Shown in pieces: positions 1 to 9,613 of a DNA stretch of 64,000 nucleotides. The DNA lies in contig JANWWJ010000031.1 of the NCBI GenBank assembly GCA_025056305.1, positions 134,192-198,191 of the forward strand, in the 5' to 3' direction. This DNA is from Chitinophagales bacterium (GTDB taxonomy: Bacteria > Bacteroidota > Bacteroidia > Chitinophagales > UBA10324). The stretch's first letter is position 1. Each line of letters opens with the position of its first letter. A program made the position numbers and the translations under genes. The notes under the pieces are model-generated. The model was given only the letters and a program-made list of their open reading frames with translations. It was not told the DNA's origin and ran no database searches.

Positions 1-663
1 AATACGGCTTTTTTCGAAGCTCTGGGGCCTGATGGTTGGTCTTTCTTTTGGCAAATCACAGAACTGCTTCCGCCTGATGTGCTGGTCATTGCTGATGCCA
101 AACGTGGCGACATCGGCTCGTCAGCAGCAAAGTATGCCGAAGCTTTTTTTCTGAGAAATGGCAAGCCATCACGCATTGATGCCCTTACCGTTTTTCCGTA
201 TATGGGGCAAGACTCCGTGTCGCCGTTTCTGCAATACGAGGGGAAGTGGGTAGCTCTGTTGGCCCTCACGTCTAATTCAGGAGCAGAAGATTTTCAGTTG
301 AAGCATTTGAGTCGTGGAACCATGTTGTTTGAAGAGGTAGTACTTACGTCACAACAGTGGGGAAACATCGACAATCTGATGTATGTTGTGGGCGCGACCA
401 GGCCGGAACTCCTCAGAAGGGTGCGAGCGCTGGCTCCCCAACATGTACTGCTGGTACCGGGCATAGGCCATCAGGGCGGAAGCTTAGCTGCAGTGGCCGA
501 GGCAGCCCTTACGGCATCCGGTCCTGTCTTGGCAGCAGTATCAAGAAGCATATTGTATGCCTCTTCCGACAACACCTATAAAGATGCGGCCGCAGCTGCA
601 GTTCAAAACCTTCAGGAATACATGAAGTTTGTTTTGAATAAAACAGAAGGGACGGATTCGTGA
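1..663 (+). CDS. pyrF: orotidine 5'-phosphate decarboxylase, type 2 (5' end lies outside the window)
   Basis: Frame 1 is open from nt 1 (NTAFFEALGPDGW...) into the 79..663 ORF. It carries the type-2 OMP decarboxylase motif ADAKRGDIGSSAAKYAEAFF and PGIGHQGG near the C-terminus. Confidence 0.85.
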   Translation, partial: NTAFFEALGPDGWSFFWQITELLPPDVLVIADAKRGDIGSSAAKYAEAFFLRNGKPSRIDALTVFPYMGQDSVSPFLQYEGKWVALLALTSNSGAEDFQLKHLSRGTMLFEEVVLTSQQWGNIDNLMYVVGATRPELLRRVRALAPQHVLLVPGIGHQGGSLAAVAEAALTASGPVLAAVSRSILYASSDNTYKDAAAAAVQNLQEYMKFVLNKTEGTDS

Positions 664-690
664 GCACGTGTCTTCGATCCGGCAGCAATT

Positions 691-1788
691 CTACAGCCGT
701 GCCGTGCGGCTGCGTAACAAATGATCGGCCATGACAATGGCTGCAGCTGCTTCCACTATGGGAACCGCCCGTGGCAGAACACAAGGATCGTGGCGTCCCT
801 GGCCTTTGAGCTCAATTACCTCGCCTTGCTGATTCACCGACTGTTGCTGCTGCATCAGGGTAGCAACCGGTTTGAAGGCAACCCGAAAATAAACGGGCAT
901 TCCATTGGTAATTCCTCCTTGAATGCCCCCGCTGTAATTCGTAGCAGTACGAATGCTTCCTTCTTCTGAAACAAACAAATCATTATGCTGCGAACCATGC
1001 ATGGCTGCGCCGGTAAAGCCGCTACCGTATTCAAAGCCGTGAACGGCGTTGATGCACAGCATGGCATGAGCTAAATCAGCCTGCAACTTTCCAAACAGAG
1101 GCTCGCCTAGGCCTGCCGGGCACGGATCGATAACACAGGTAATGATGCCCCCCACGGTATCTCCGGCATCGTGTGCCTGTTCAATGACGGCCATCATGCG
1201 GGAAGCGGCTTCTACGTCAGGGCAACGAACCGGATTGCTCTCCGCCACAGCTATCCATTCCTCGAGCCGTGGCGACTCGGTAGCCAACGGTAAGATTACA
1301 GCTTCTGAACCCACCTGGGTTACAAAAGCAGCAATCCGCAGCTCGTAGGTCGCAAGCAGCTGTTTGGCCACTGCACCTGCCGCTACCAGGGCAGCCGTAG
1401 CGCGTGCGCTGGCCCTCCCTCCTCCGCGATGATCTCGCAAGCCATATTTTATCTCATAAGTAAAATCGGCATGTGAAGGGCGAAAGGCACCCTGTAAATG
1501 GTCGTAGTCCGAGGAACGAACATCCTCATTGGCAATGAATAAAGCTAAAGGACTGCCGGTGGTGCGGCCTTCAAAAACACCCGAAAGAATGCGAACCTGG
1601 TCGGGTTCCTGGCGCGGCGAGGTCAACGCTGATTGGCCTGGTCTCCTCCGGTTCAAATCGCGCTGGATAACCTCTTGCGAAATGGGCAAGCCGGCAGGGC
1701 AACCATCGATGACAGCGCCGATTCCCGGTCCATGCGATTCCCCAAAAGTCGTTACGCGAAAAAGCTGACCTAAACTGTTGGATGCCAC
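691..1788 (-). CDS. aroC: chorismate synthase
   Basis: Motifs LFRVTTFGESHGPGIGAVIDGCPAG, RPSHADFTY and GRHDPCV are present. The ORF-track start at 1833 is a TTG and overlaps the upstream gene, so I prefer the in-frame GTG at 1788 (VASNSLGQLFR...). The start is uncertain by about 15 codons. Confidence 0.9.
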   Translation of the reverse strand: MASNSLGQLFRVTTFGESHGPGIGAVIDGCPAGLPISQEVIQRDLNRRRPGQSALTSPRQEPDQVRILSGVFEGRTTGSPLALFIANEDVRSSDYDHLQGAFRPSHADFTYEIKYGLRDHRGGGRASARATAALVAAGAVAKQLLATYELRIAAFVTQVGSEAVILPLATESPRLEEWIAVAESNPVRCPDVEAASRMMAVIEQAHDAGDTVGGIITCVIDPCPAGLGEPLFGKLQADLAHAMLCINAVHGFEYGSGFTGAAMHGSQHNDLFVSEEGSIRTATNYSGGIQGGITNGMPVYFRVAFKPVATLMQQQQSVNQQGEVIELKGQGRHDPCVLPRAVPIVEAAAAIVMADHLLRSRTARL

Positions 1789-1805
1789 AATCTGCGTGTT
1801 TGCAA

Positions 1806-2042
1806 TTAATTTTTTAATGTGTCGGTAGGACAAGGGCCGGGCGACCAGCGCAGCAATCCATGTCGTTCAGCTTCGCAGGGGTTCCCGTAGGTTTTGCCAT
1901 CACAACCACAGACGGGATTCCACTCACGCGTGCACGCACGCAATGTATCAATGCGCTGTGGATCCACGCATTGTTCTGTCCGTTGACAGCTTCGACTCAG
2001 GCTCAACACCAGCGCTAAAACAGAAACTGCTATTTTCATCAT
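1806..2042 (-). CDS. small secreted Kazal-type serine protease inhibitor domain protein
   Basis: Internal ATG at 2042 gives MMKIAVSVLALVLSLS (signal peptide) followed by C-TREWNPVCGCDGKTYGNPCEAERHG...GPC, which matches the Kazal Cys/PVCG-DG-TY-N-C pattern. The longer 1806..2234 ORF would run into hutI. Confidence 0.6.
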   Translation of the reverse strand: MMKIAVSVLALVLSLSRSCQRTEQCVDPQRIDTLRACTREWNPVCGCDGKTYGNPCEAERHGLLRWSPGPCPTDTLKN

Positions 2043-2048
2043 CACTCC

Positions 2049-3287
2049 TTGGTCATGGATTGTCTGTTTACAAATATCAAGAGTCTGATTGGCATCAGGC
2101 AAAAAGAAGAAAAGCGGCTGTCGGGTCAGGCGATGAAGGAATTGCCGCAACTTCCGCAGGCATGGCTGGCCGTGCGCAGGGGGCGCATCAGTGCCTTCGG
2201 CAAAATGGAAGACACTGCCCTCTTGGAGCAGCATGCTGATTTACCCCAGTTCGATTGCAGCGGAAGAATACTCATGCCGTGTTGGTGTGATTCCCACACC
2301 CATCTGGTTTTTGCTGCATGGCGCGCTGAAGAATTTGAGCTTAAGATCAAAGGATTTACTTATGAACAAATTGCTGCCCAAGGGGGAGGCATACTTAACT
2401 CTGCACGAAAACTCAGCGACACGGATGAGGAAATTCTCTATGAACAAGCGTGGCAGCGACTAACAGAGATCATCGACCAGGGGACCGGCGCAGTTGAGAT
2501 TAAAAGCGGCTACGGCCTTTCGGTAGAGGGAGAATTGAAGATGTTGCGTGTGATTGCACGGCTCAAAGCATCAGCACCGATACCTATCAAAGCAACCTTT
2601 TTAGGCGCCCATGCTTTGCCGGCAGAGTATCGCCACCGGCGGCAAGATTACATACGTCTGATTTTGGAGGAAATGCTGCCACGCATTGCCGACGCACACT
2701 TGGCCGATTATTGCGATGTGTTTTGCGAAAACGGTTTTTTCACTCCCGAAGAAACAGATCAGATCTTGCAAGCGGCTTGGAAATACGGATTAAAGCCAAA
2801 AATTCATGCCAATCAGTTGGCACGTAGTGGGGGTGTACAGGCAGGTGTGCGCAACTACGCTGTTTCAGTAGATCATCTGGAACAAATTGATGAAGAAGAA
2901 ATATCTGCTTTGCAAGCCTCAAGCACCATAGCCACCTTGCTGCCGGCAGCGGCTTTTTTTCTTCGGCTGCCCTACCCTCCTGCACGTCGCATGCTCGAAG
3001 CCGGCCTCACGGTAGCGTTGGCTTCGGACTACAATCCCGGTTCTTGCCCTTCGGGCCGCATGAGCTTTGTGGTCTCGTTGGCTTGTATTCAGATGCGCAT
3101 GACTCCGGCTGAAGCTATTAATGCGGCCACCTTAAACGGAGCCTGTGCCATGGAACTGGAAGATGAGCTGGGCAGCATTACGATAGGCAAACGCGCCAAC
3201 CTGATCCTCACAAAACCCATTTCGTCGGTGGCTGAAATTCCGTATCGCTTTGGAATTGATCTGATTGAAAAAGTTTTTATCAGCTGA
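2049..3287 (+). CDS. hutI: imidazolonepropionase
   Basis: 412 aa amidohydrolase. It has the metal motif CDSHTHLVF, GGGILNSARK, KIHANQL and ASDYNPGS, typical of HutI. Confidence 0.9.
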   Translation: MVMDCLFTNIKSLIGIRQKEEKRLSGQAMKELPQLPQAWLAVRRGRISAFGKMEDTALLEQHADLPQFDCSGRILMPCWCDSHTHLVFAAWRAEEFELKIKGFTYEQIAAQGGGILNSARKLSDTDEEILYEQAWQRLTEIIDQGTGAVEIKSGYGLSVEGELKMLRVIARLKASAPIPIKATFLGAHALPAEYRHRRQDYIRLILEEMLPRIADAHLADYCDVFCENGFFTPEETDQILQAAWKYGLKPKIHANQLARSGGVQAGVRNYAVSVDHLEQIDEEEISALQASSTIATLLPAAAFFLRLPYPPARRMLEAGLTVALASDYNPGSCPSGRMSFVVSLACIQMRMTPAEAINAATLNGACAMELEDELGSITIGKRANLILTKPISSVAEIPYRFGIDLIEKVFIS

Positions 3288-3295
3288 GTTTCGGA

Positions 3296-4741
3296 TCACG
3301 GCCAAATACCCAGCGTGGTGTACGATGAGGCTACCTTGTCGATGGCCAGCACAAAGGCAGCTGTTCGCAGGTCTTTGATTTTCTTATTTCGCTTCATCGT
3401 ATCTCTGATGGCGTGATAGGCGGTGATCATGGTGTCCTCCAGTCCACTGTTGACCAAATCTTCTTCATCGGCTCCCTCTAACAACAATTTGCGTTCATTA
3501 CTTCCGATGTGCTGACCGGTGAGGCGTTCGATTTCCCGAACAAAAAGCAAATTGGTGTTTTCCGTAAACCGCTTTTCCATGCGCCCAAAACGCACATGGC
3601 TGAGGTTCTTCAGCCATTCAAAATAAGACACCGTAACACCCCCCGCGTTTAAATACATATCAGGAATTATCATAACATTTTTCTTTAACAGAATTTCTTC
3701 GGCAGCTGGGGTACATGGCCCGTTGGCCCCTTCAGCAATGATTTTGGCTTTAATGCGTGGGGCATTTTCTTCTGTGATTTGGTTTTCAAGAGCCGCCGGT
3801 ATCAAAATATCGCAATCAACCTCTAGGACCGCTTGCGGATTTTTGATGACTTTTCCATAAGGATACTGAAGTAACCCGCCATGCTCCTGCTTCCATTGCA
3901 TGACGTGTTCCAAATCGAGTCCCTTGGGATTGATGATCGCACAATCAATTTCCGCAACGCCCACCAACAGGGCCCCTGCCTCTACGAAGAATTTGGCGGA
4001 ATAGTAGCCTACATTTCCCAGGCCTTGTACCGCAAACCTTTTTCCTTCAATACCGGTTGACAACCCCAGCGGCCTCATGTCTTCAGCGATGCTGCAGGCT
4101 TCCCGGGTTCCAAAATAAACGCCACGGCCGGTAGCTTCCTTACGACCGCGTACCCCTCCCTGTGAAATAGGCTTACCGGTCACACAGCCGTATGCGTTGA
4201 TGTCGTTGGGATGGAAAGCAAGGTAAGTATCTACGATCCAGCTCATTTCCCGCTCGCCAGTGCCATAATCCGGTGCGGGCACATCAATAGCAGCACCTAT
4301 GAAATTTTTCTTTATTAGTTCAGTGGTGTAACGGCGGGTGATGCGTTCGATGGTTTCGTCACTGTATTGCTTCTTGTCGATTTTTACCCCTCCCTTGGCT
4401 CCTCCGAAAGGGACATCTACGATGGCGCATTTATAAGTCATCAAGGCCGCCAAAGCCATAACCTCATCCTGATTGACGTCAATCGAATAGCGGATCCCCC
4501 CCTTGCACGGCACCTTATGTTGCGAATGCTGAACGCGGTATGCCTCAATCACCTGCACGCTCTGCTTGCCCGTTTTCTTGTCTTCGACCACTACCGGAAA
4601 ACGCATTTGATAAACACTGTTGCAGGCCTTGATTTGATTGAGCAACCCGGTATCGTAATTCAGAAATGCTGCAGCCTTGTCGAAGTAACGCTCTACATTA
4701 CGAAAAAAACTTTCGGTGGTGCGACGACCGTTTTTACTCAT
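3296..4741 (-). CDS. gdh: glutamate dehydrogenase, long GLUD1-like form with an antenna-like insertion
   Basis: Motifs [42 protein letters not shown] and VSYFEWLKN are present. Start chosen at the ATG at 4741 (MSKNGRR...). The ORF-track start at 4816 would overlap ccmD by more than 80 nt. Confidence 0.9.
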   Translation of the reverse strand: MSKNGRRTTESFFRNVERYFDKAAAFLNYDTGLLNQIKACNSVYQMRFPVVVEDKKTGKQSVQVIEAYRVQHSQHKVPCKGGIRYSIDVNQDEVMALAALMTYKCAIVDVPFGGAKGGVKIDKKQYSDETIERITRRYTTELIKKNFIGAAIDVPAPDYGTGEREMSWIVDTYLAFHPNDINAYGCVTGKPISQGGVRGRKEATGRGVYFGTREACSIAEDMRPLGLSTGIEGKRFAVQGLGNVGYYSAKFFVEAGALLVGVAEIDCAIINPKGLDLEHVMQWKQEHGGLLQYPYGKVIKNPQAVLEVDCDILIPAALENQITEENAPRIKAKIIAEGANGPCTPAAEEILLKKNVMIIPDMYLNAGGVTVSYFEWLKNLSHVRFGRMEKRFTENTNLLFVREIERLTGQHIGSNERKLLLEGADEEDLVNSGLEDTMITAYHAIRDTMKRNKKIKDLRTAAFVLAIDKVASSYTTLGIWP

Positions 4742-4976
4742 AGGACTTAAGGATCTTTTTTTCCAAATTTTTGATTTTACGCTCTTGCAGAATAAGAAAA
4801 ACGATGAGGGCGGCAAAGATAATCAGCAGGACGAGGATGACCGCGTTAAGTCGCTCATTGCCCATCAGGATGGCGGCTGCCTGCTCGTCAAGCGACTGTG
4901 CTTTGGCCGGTGTGGCAACCCATAAGACAGCGCAATGCATCAGCACCAGAGCAAAAAAGCAGAAGTTAGCCCTCAT
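4734..4976 (-). CDS. ccmD: CcmD-family small membrane protein
   Basis: 80 aa, immediately downstream of ccmC with an 11-nt overlap. It has an N-terminal hydrophobic segment and a C-terminal TM helix followed by a basic tail ([30 protein letters not shown]), as in Bacteroidota CcmD-family proteins. Confidence 0.6.
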   Translation of the reverse strand: MRANFCFFALVLMHCAVLWVATPAKAQSLDEQAAAILMGNERLNAVILVLLIIFAALIVFLILQERKIKNLEKKILKSYE

Positions 4977-5685
4977 GACCGGAAGAACTACGTAATGCCG
5001 ATTTGTTCAAAATCCCTGCAGCAATGAGGTGCAACAGCTCCAGCCGTGCCGAAAGCGATGCCAGCCAAACGCCTACAAGCATCCAACCGACAACGGCCGG
5101 ATAAAACACCCAACGCATGCGATGATCCAAATCATAAATGTTGAAAGCCGGATTGCCCCCACTGCCGGGGTGCAAAGAATCCGTCAGGCGGGGAATAATA
5201 AAAATGGTGGGAATGAACATACAAAAAAATATTATATTAGTAACCGCAGCGATCCGAGCCCGGCGATCGGCATCGTCTATGGCACCACGCAAAACCTCAT
5301 AAGCCAGATAAAACAGGATTCCTGCGGCAGCACCCAGTAATTTGGGATCGTTTACCCACCAGGCGCCCCAGGTGGTACGAGCCCACACCATGCCGGTGAG
5401 CATGCCAACAAAGCCAAACCATAACGCGATGCGTACCTGCGCAGCGGCTAATGCATCGCAGCGCAAATCGCTGGACGACAAATACCTGATGCTGTTGCCG
5501 GCAGACAGCATTAACAAAAAAGTCATGGAAAACCAAAGCGGGACATGATAAAACAAATTACGGATCGATTGCCCCAAAATGGGCAGCTGCGGAACCTCAA
5601 TCCACAGGCCCATAACTACCGAATAGGCCACCAATGCCGCGCCAACTAATTTATATCCGTAGCGGGCAACCATGCTTTTGTACAT
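4966..5685 (-). CDS. ccmC: heme exporter / cytochrome c biogenesis protein CcmC
   Basis: Polytopic membrane protein with the Trp-rich heme-handling motif TWGAWWVNDPKL and conserved His residues. Confidence 0.85.
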   Translation of the reverse strand: MYKSMVARYGYKLVGAALVAYSVVMGLWIEVPQLPILGQSIRNLFYHVPLWFSMTFLLMLSAGNSIRYLSSSDLRCDALAAAQVRIALWFGFVGMLTGMVWARTTWGAWWVNDPKLLGAAAGILFYLAYEVLRGAIDDADRRARIAAVTNIIFFCMFIPTIFIIPRLTDSLHPGSGGNPAFNIYDLDHRMRWVFYPAVVGWMLVGVWLASLSARLELLHLIAAGILNKSALRSSSGHEG

Positions 5686-5712
5686 TGGTGTGGCACCAAC
5701 AGATTTATGGAA

Positions 5713-6378
5713 TCAATCGCGCCAAAGGTAAGGAAATAAGATCAGGGCCAGCAGCAAGAGGATCACATCCAGAGCCCAAAGCATCAAGAAATCGGCCCAT
5801 GGAAATGAACCAACTTTCGGAGAAAGCACCCCCTCAGATAACCGCCAAATCAGCAGCATCGACGGCAGGATTACCGGCAAACACAGCAGGGTCATCAGCA
5901 TTGCCTGATTAGCCTTTGCGGCAATAGCAGACATCATGGAAAAGGCAAGCACAAACGTCAGAGACCCGCTGAAGATGATCAGCGCAAACAATGCCGTCTG
6001 CACAATGGGGCTTCCGAACACCAGCGCAAACAAGAGCCAGGCCACAAATGCCAGCACAACCAGCTGAAATCCGTGATAGATCATTTTGGCCAGCAACAGA
6101 GATAGCGGTGATGCAAGCGATTGCATATAAATCATTCGCATACGACTTTCCTGCAAAAAGCTTCTGGCCACGGCCGTGACAGCGACGAAAAAGAGAACAA
6201 TCCAGTAAATGGTCACCCACAGGGAAGGTTCCGGCTGAGGAATGCCCAAATACACCAGAAATGTTGTTGCAGATAGGTACAACAACAAGCCCACCCACAG
6301 GTAACGGCTGCGCCATTCATAAACGAACTCTTTGTGCGTCAACCATCTTATTTGCTGCCACATGGCCGAAAGGTACAA
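5713..6378 (-). CDS. ccmB: heme exporter protein CcmB (ABC permease)
   Basis: 221-aa, six-helix hydrophobic protein directly upstream of ccmC. The N-terminal KEFVYEWRSRY and overall pattern fit the CcmB family. Confidence 0.75.
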   Translation of the reverse strand: MYLSAMWQQIRWLTHKEFVYEWRSRYLWVGLLLYLSATTFLVYLGIPQPEPSLWVTIYWIVLFFVAVTAVARSFLQESRMRMIYMQSLASPLSLLLAKMIYHGFQLVVLAFVAWLLFALVFGSPIVQTALFALIIFSGSLTFVLAFSMMSAIAAKANQAMLMTLLCLPVILPSMLLIWRLSEGVLSPKVGSFPWADFLMLWALDVILLLLALILFPYLWRD

Positions 6379-6575
6379 ACGGCTTGGGGCAGTCTTTACT
6401 CTTTATGGTACGCCCATTTGTTTCAACACCTTTATCTGCTGCGCGATGATTTCGAATAAAGCAGCTGAACGCAATGGGCTCTAACCTGCAACTTCGAAAG
6501 AAGCAAAACATTCACTGAGCAGAAATGTAATGAAGCAAGCATTCCTGTTTTTCTTACCTACCTGAGCTTACATCC

Positions 6576-7004
6576 TTACTGACACTCGAGATAGATCACC
6601 GGAGTAGTAACTGAATTGCTGGCATGACCGGCTCGATCTTCCAGGTAGATCGTATAAGTAAGGCTATCCGTCTTTCTTCCGGGAATACAACTAAATTGAC
6701 TTCGTACATAGATGATGACACCCGATATTGCCTTGAGTGAACCGTCTGGAGTGATGTAGGGCACCTTGACACTATCGGTATAACCTGTTCGGCTATCGGT
6801 CAAAAACAGGTTGGGATTGGTTTCAGAACCGATGTCGCCGTCGCCGTCGGTGAAGGAAATAAAAAATTTTAATGAGTCAACTCCGGCACGTATATACAAA
6901 GTGCTTAATGAATCCAATGCAATGGTAGGAATTATGGAATAGTCGGGAGGTCTGAGACAAGCGCCCAAGCACAGCAGAGCTGAGATACTGAGCGCCTTGG
7001 TCAT
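6576..7004 (-). CDS. hypothetical lipoprotein
   Basis: ATG at 7004 gives MTKALSISALLCLGAC, a signal peptide with a lipobox Cys. I recognise no domain. The TDGDGDIG stretch suggests calcium binding. The longer start at 7028 is less likely. Confidence 0.5.
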   Translation of the reverse strand: MTKALSISALLCLGACLRPPDYSIIPTIALDSLSTLYIRAGVDSLKFFISFTDGDGDIGSETNPNLFLTDSRTGYTDSVKVPYITPDGSLKAISGVIIYVRSQFSCIPGRKTDSLTYTIYLEDRAGHASNSVTTPVIYLECQ

Positions 7005-7033
7005 GGCATGTGTCGCTAATTTCGTCATGGCAA

Positions 7034-8026
7034 ATGAACCTCAGCCATTTCAAGGCGAAATTATTCCGTTTTGATCAGGCCGGTTTCACCGCTGCTGCAA
7101 TAAGCTTGTTTCGATACCAATACGAGCACAACGTGGTGTATCGCCGGTTTGTGGATCTCTTACCAATCAGCCCGGATGCAGTAAGAGAACTTAGCCAGAT
7201 TCCCTTTCTGCCCATATCGGCATTCAAACATGAGAAGGTCGTCACAGGTCGGTTTCATGCGGAGCGCGTTTTTCGCTCCAGCGGCACCACCGCCACCGGC
7301 TATTCGCTGCACTACGTGCGCAGCGCCAGCTGGTACCGTCAGGTATTGTTGGAAGGATTTCGTCGGGCTGTGGGCGAGGTAGAGGGAACGGCCATTTACG
7401 CCCTGATTCCAGATGAAACGGAACGACCGGACTCCTCCTTGACGTTTATGGCCCGTCAGCTCATAGAACAGTCAGCGGTAGCCGGTAGCGGTTTTTACCT
7501 GCATCGGCCCGGTCAGTTGGTGTCGTGGTTGGAGCATCACGAAAGCCAAGGCCAGCCCGGTTTGATCTTCGGTATTTCATACGCTTTGCTGGACTTTGCC
7601 GAACAACATGGCATGGCTTTGCGCCATACGCGCGTTATGGAAACAGGTGGCATGAAAGGGCGGCGAAGAGAACTGAGCCGGCCAGAACTGCATGAACGGC
7701 TGCGCCAGGCTTTTCAGGTACAGGAAGTCATGAGTGAATACGGCATGACGGAATTATTGTCGCAGGCATATTCGGTTAGCCGCGGAATTTTTTATGCTCC
7801 TCCCTGGATGAAGGTGTTGATTCGCGATCCCGATGACCCCTTTCGCATCACGACCGGACTAGCAGAAGGTGCACTAAACATCATTGATTTGGCCAATGTG
7901 GATTCCTGTAGCTTTATCGCCACCGATGATTTGGGTGTGCTTCATGCCGACGGGGGATTCGAAGTCTTGGGCCGCATGGAACACGCCGAACTCAGAGGCT
8001 GCAGCTTGCTGGTGGCCGACCTGTAG
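7034..8026 (+). CDS. LuxE-family acyl-protein synthetase / acyl transferase
   Basis: Motifs FRSSGTTA, METGGMKGRRRELSRPELH, SEYGMTELLSQAYS, PPWMKVLIRDPDDP, NIIDLANVDSCSFIATDD and LRGC match the conserved Bacteroidota LuxE-like adenylate-forming family. Start taken at the ATG at 7034; the ORF-track start at 7010 is a GTG. Confidence 0.75.
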   Translation: MNLSHFKAKLFRFDQAGFTAAAISLFRYQYEHNVVYRRFVDLLPISPDAVRELSQIPFLPISAFKHEKVVTGRFHAERVFRSSGTTATGYSLHYVRSASWYRQVLLEGFRRAVGEVEGTAIYALIPDETERPDSSLTFMARQLIEQSAVAGSGFYLHRPGQLVSWLEHHESQGQPGLIFGISYALLDFAEQHGMALRHTRVMETGGMKGRRRELSRPELHERLRQAFQVQEVMSEYGMTELLSQAYSVSRGIFYAPPWMKVLIRDPDDPFRITTGLAEGALNIIDLANVDSCSFIATDDLGVLHADGGFEVLGRMEHAELRGCSLLVADL

Positions 8027-8039
8027 GAAGCAGTAGCCT

Positions 8040-8762
8040 TCAGGTACCCGGTACTACCGACGTTCCGGTTTCCAGCTCATCATCCAGGCGCGCCAGCTCC
8101 GCGCCAATGAGGGCCACCAGTTCAAAACGAAAAGAGTTCAGCAACAATATATTTCCCGCCAGGCTATGATAGGCGTGCAAGGCCTGCTGCCGACCGTGTT
8201 TGAGCTGTTGAGCCAGCTTTTGGTCAATTTCATTAAAATGATATATGATGTTTTTTTGTAACTTTTTTCCTTCGGCCGACAAGCGCATTCCTCCGAACAA
8301 GCGGTGCAACCATGACTTTTCAAATAAGCCCTGCATGTAGTTTTCGTCCTGCATCAGCTTCCATTTAAGATTGGCTTCACTGCGGGTCGTTTGCAGCACC
8401 ATCTGCAACCAGTGGCGGAACACGATTTTTTTATCCGGCCTTTTGTAAAAGGGGAACAAGGCTACCATTTCGTGCAACCGGGCCTTGCGGGCTTGAAATT
8501 TGGCCCCAATACTTACCCGAGCATAGCCCAGCCTGCTGGCGTGAATCCGGCTGGTCTCAAAATGATCTAAAGCCAACTCCTCCCGAAAGAACATGTCGGC
8601 CAGCATGTACTTCAGCAACTCGATCTGGGTGGCATCCGGACGAAGCACCAGTAATGTTTGGGCAGGCCCAGCCTGTGTCAACCACTGCGCAGCCCCAGCA
8701 ACATCAGCAGGGGTGGCAGCTGGCTTTAAATTGGCACAGGGCGTCATGGCTAAATCCAACAA
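8040..8762 (-). CDS. hypothetical protein
   Basis: 240-aa ORF that fills the gap between flanking genes. It appears mostly helical, has no signal peptide, and I recognise no motif. Confidence 0.45.
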   Translation of the reverse strand: MLDLAMTPCANLKPAATPADVAGAAQWLTQAGPAQTLLVLRPDATQIELLKYMLADMFFREELALDHFETSRIHASRLGYARVSIGAKFQARKARLHEMVALFPFYKRPDKKIVFRHWLQMVLQTTRSEANLKWKLMQDENYMQGLFEKSWLHRLFGGMRLSAEGKKLQKNIIYHFNEIDQKLAQQLKHGRQQALHAYHSLAGNILLLNSFRFELVALIGAELARLDDELETGTSVVPGT

Positions 8763-8929
8763 TTCTGTATCAAAAGTATTGGCCTAAATGCATCATCCTA
8801 GTAAGTTACGTCATGTTCGCACATGCTTGAACACTGGCCAATGTTTTGGTTCGGATTAAAACATCACAAAAGCCTGCCGTCCCCCCATCGCAGGTCACCG
8901 CATCCAATAAACTCACCGATGAACCGGTG

Positions 8930-9406
8930 TTAAGGGATGCGCCGCATAGCAATGGTGTGTTTGCGCTGAGTGCCTTGCACCATTCCAGAAATTTCAGCTA
9001 CAATAGAGTCGGGATTTATGCGGGTATAAGTGATTACTTTAGGAAAATCGTGGCGGGCGTTCGTAAAGCTTAGTTGATGCTCATTCAGGACGCTGGCCAT
9101 GAAGCGTACCACCTTATTTTCGTTCTGACCCGCCACTTGAGTCTCAAGAAAGACTTTTCCATTCTCCTGCTTCATGAACATTCGTTCAAAAACCACGGTA
9201 TCTACCTCGTCGAGCATATAGCTCATTCCTAACAAGACTTGATCTGCTGATTCCTGCCAGGACTCATAGACGCTGCCGTCAGCGGCAACACTCTCCCATG
9301 TTCCCAAAAGCCACTTGGCATGCTCCAGATCTGGGTCATTCGCCTTTTTACAAGCCCCTATGATCAAAAAAAGAAAACAGCAAGTTTTTACCGAGCTAAA
9401 AGTCAT
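8930..9406 (-). CDS. hypothetical lipoprotein
   Basis: N-terminus MTFSSVKTCCFLFLIIGACKK is a signal peptide with a lipobox. The WLLGTWES motif resembles small lipocalin-like DUF proteins of Bacteroidota. Confidence 0.5.
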   Translation of the reverse strand: MTFSSVKTCCFLFLIIGACKKANDPDLEHAKWLLGTWESVAADGSVYESWQESADQVLLGMSYMLDEVDTVVFERMFMKQENGKVFLETQVAGQNENKVVRFMASVLNEHQLSFTNARHDFPKVITYTRINPDSIVAEISGMVQGTQRKHTIAMRRIP

Positions 9407-9549
9407 GTTGCAGGTTTTTTCTAAAAAATTTTAAAGGAATGCGCTTGATGGTTCGCTTTTGATAAATTCTTGAAAGTTTAAAATAATAGTTTTTTAAGAG
9501 TTGAACGCAGGAAAAACTTTTAAAGACCCATTTCGTGCCTATAGGGCTC

Positions 9550-9589
9550 AAAAAACAAAGCGGCCAAGACTGTCAGCCCTGACCGCTTG
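9550..9589 (-). terminator. putative rho-independent terminator of the OmpA-family gene
   Basis: On the minus strand, AAGCGGTCA...TGGCCGCTT forms a 9-bp stem with one mismatch, followed by TGTTTTTT. It lies 25 nt downstream of the stop at 9614. Confidence 0.5.
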
Positions 9590-9613
9590 ACACCGCTTGC
9601 ATTCACGCAAAAA

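Noticed and set aside
2049-3287. hutI as part of a histidine-utilisation operon.
   Set aside because: No hutH, hutU or hutG is adjacent in this window. The neighbours are unrelated (a Kazal-like gene and gdh), so no operon claim is made.
6379-6575. A 197-bp gap upstream of ccmB, examined for a missing ccmA remnant or an RNA gene.
   Set aside because: No frame shows ABC ATPase motifs such as Walker A or the signature motif. Only weak 5-bp hairpins are present.
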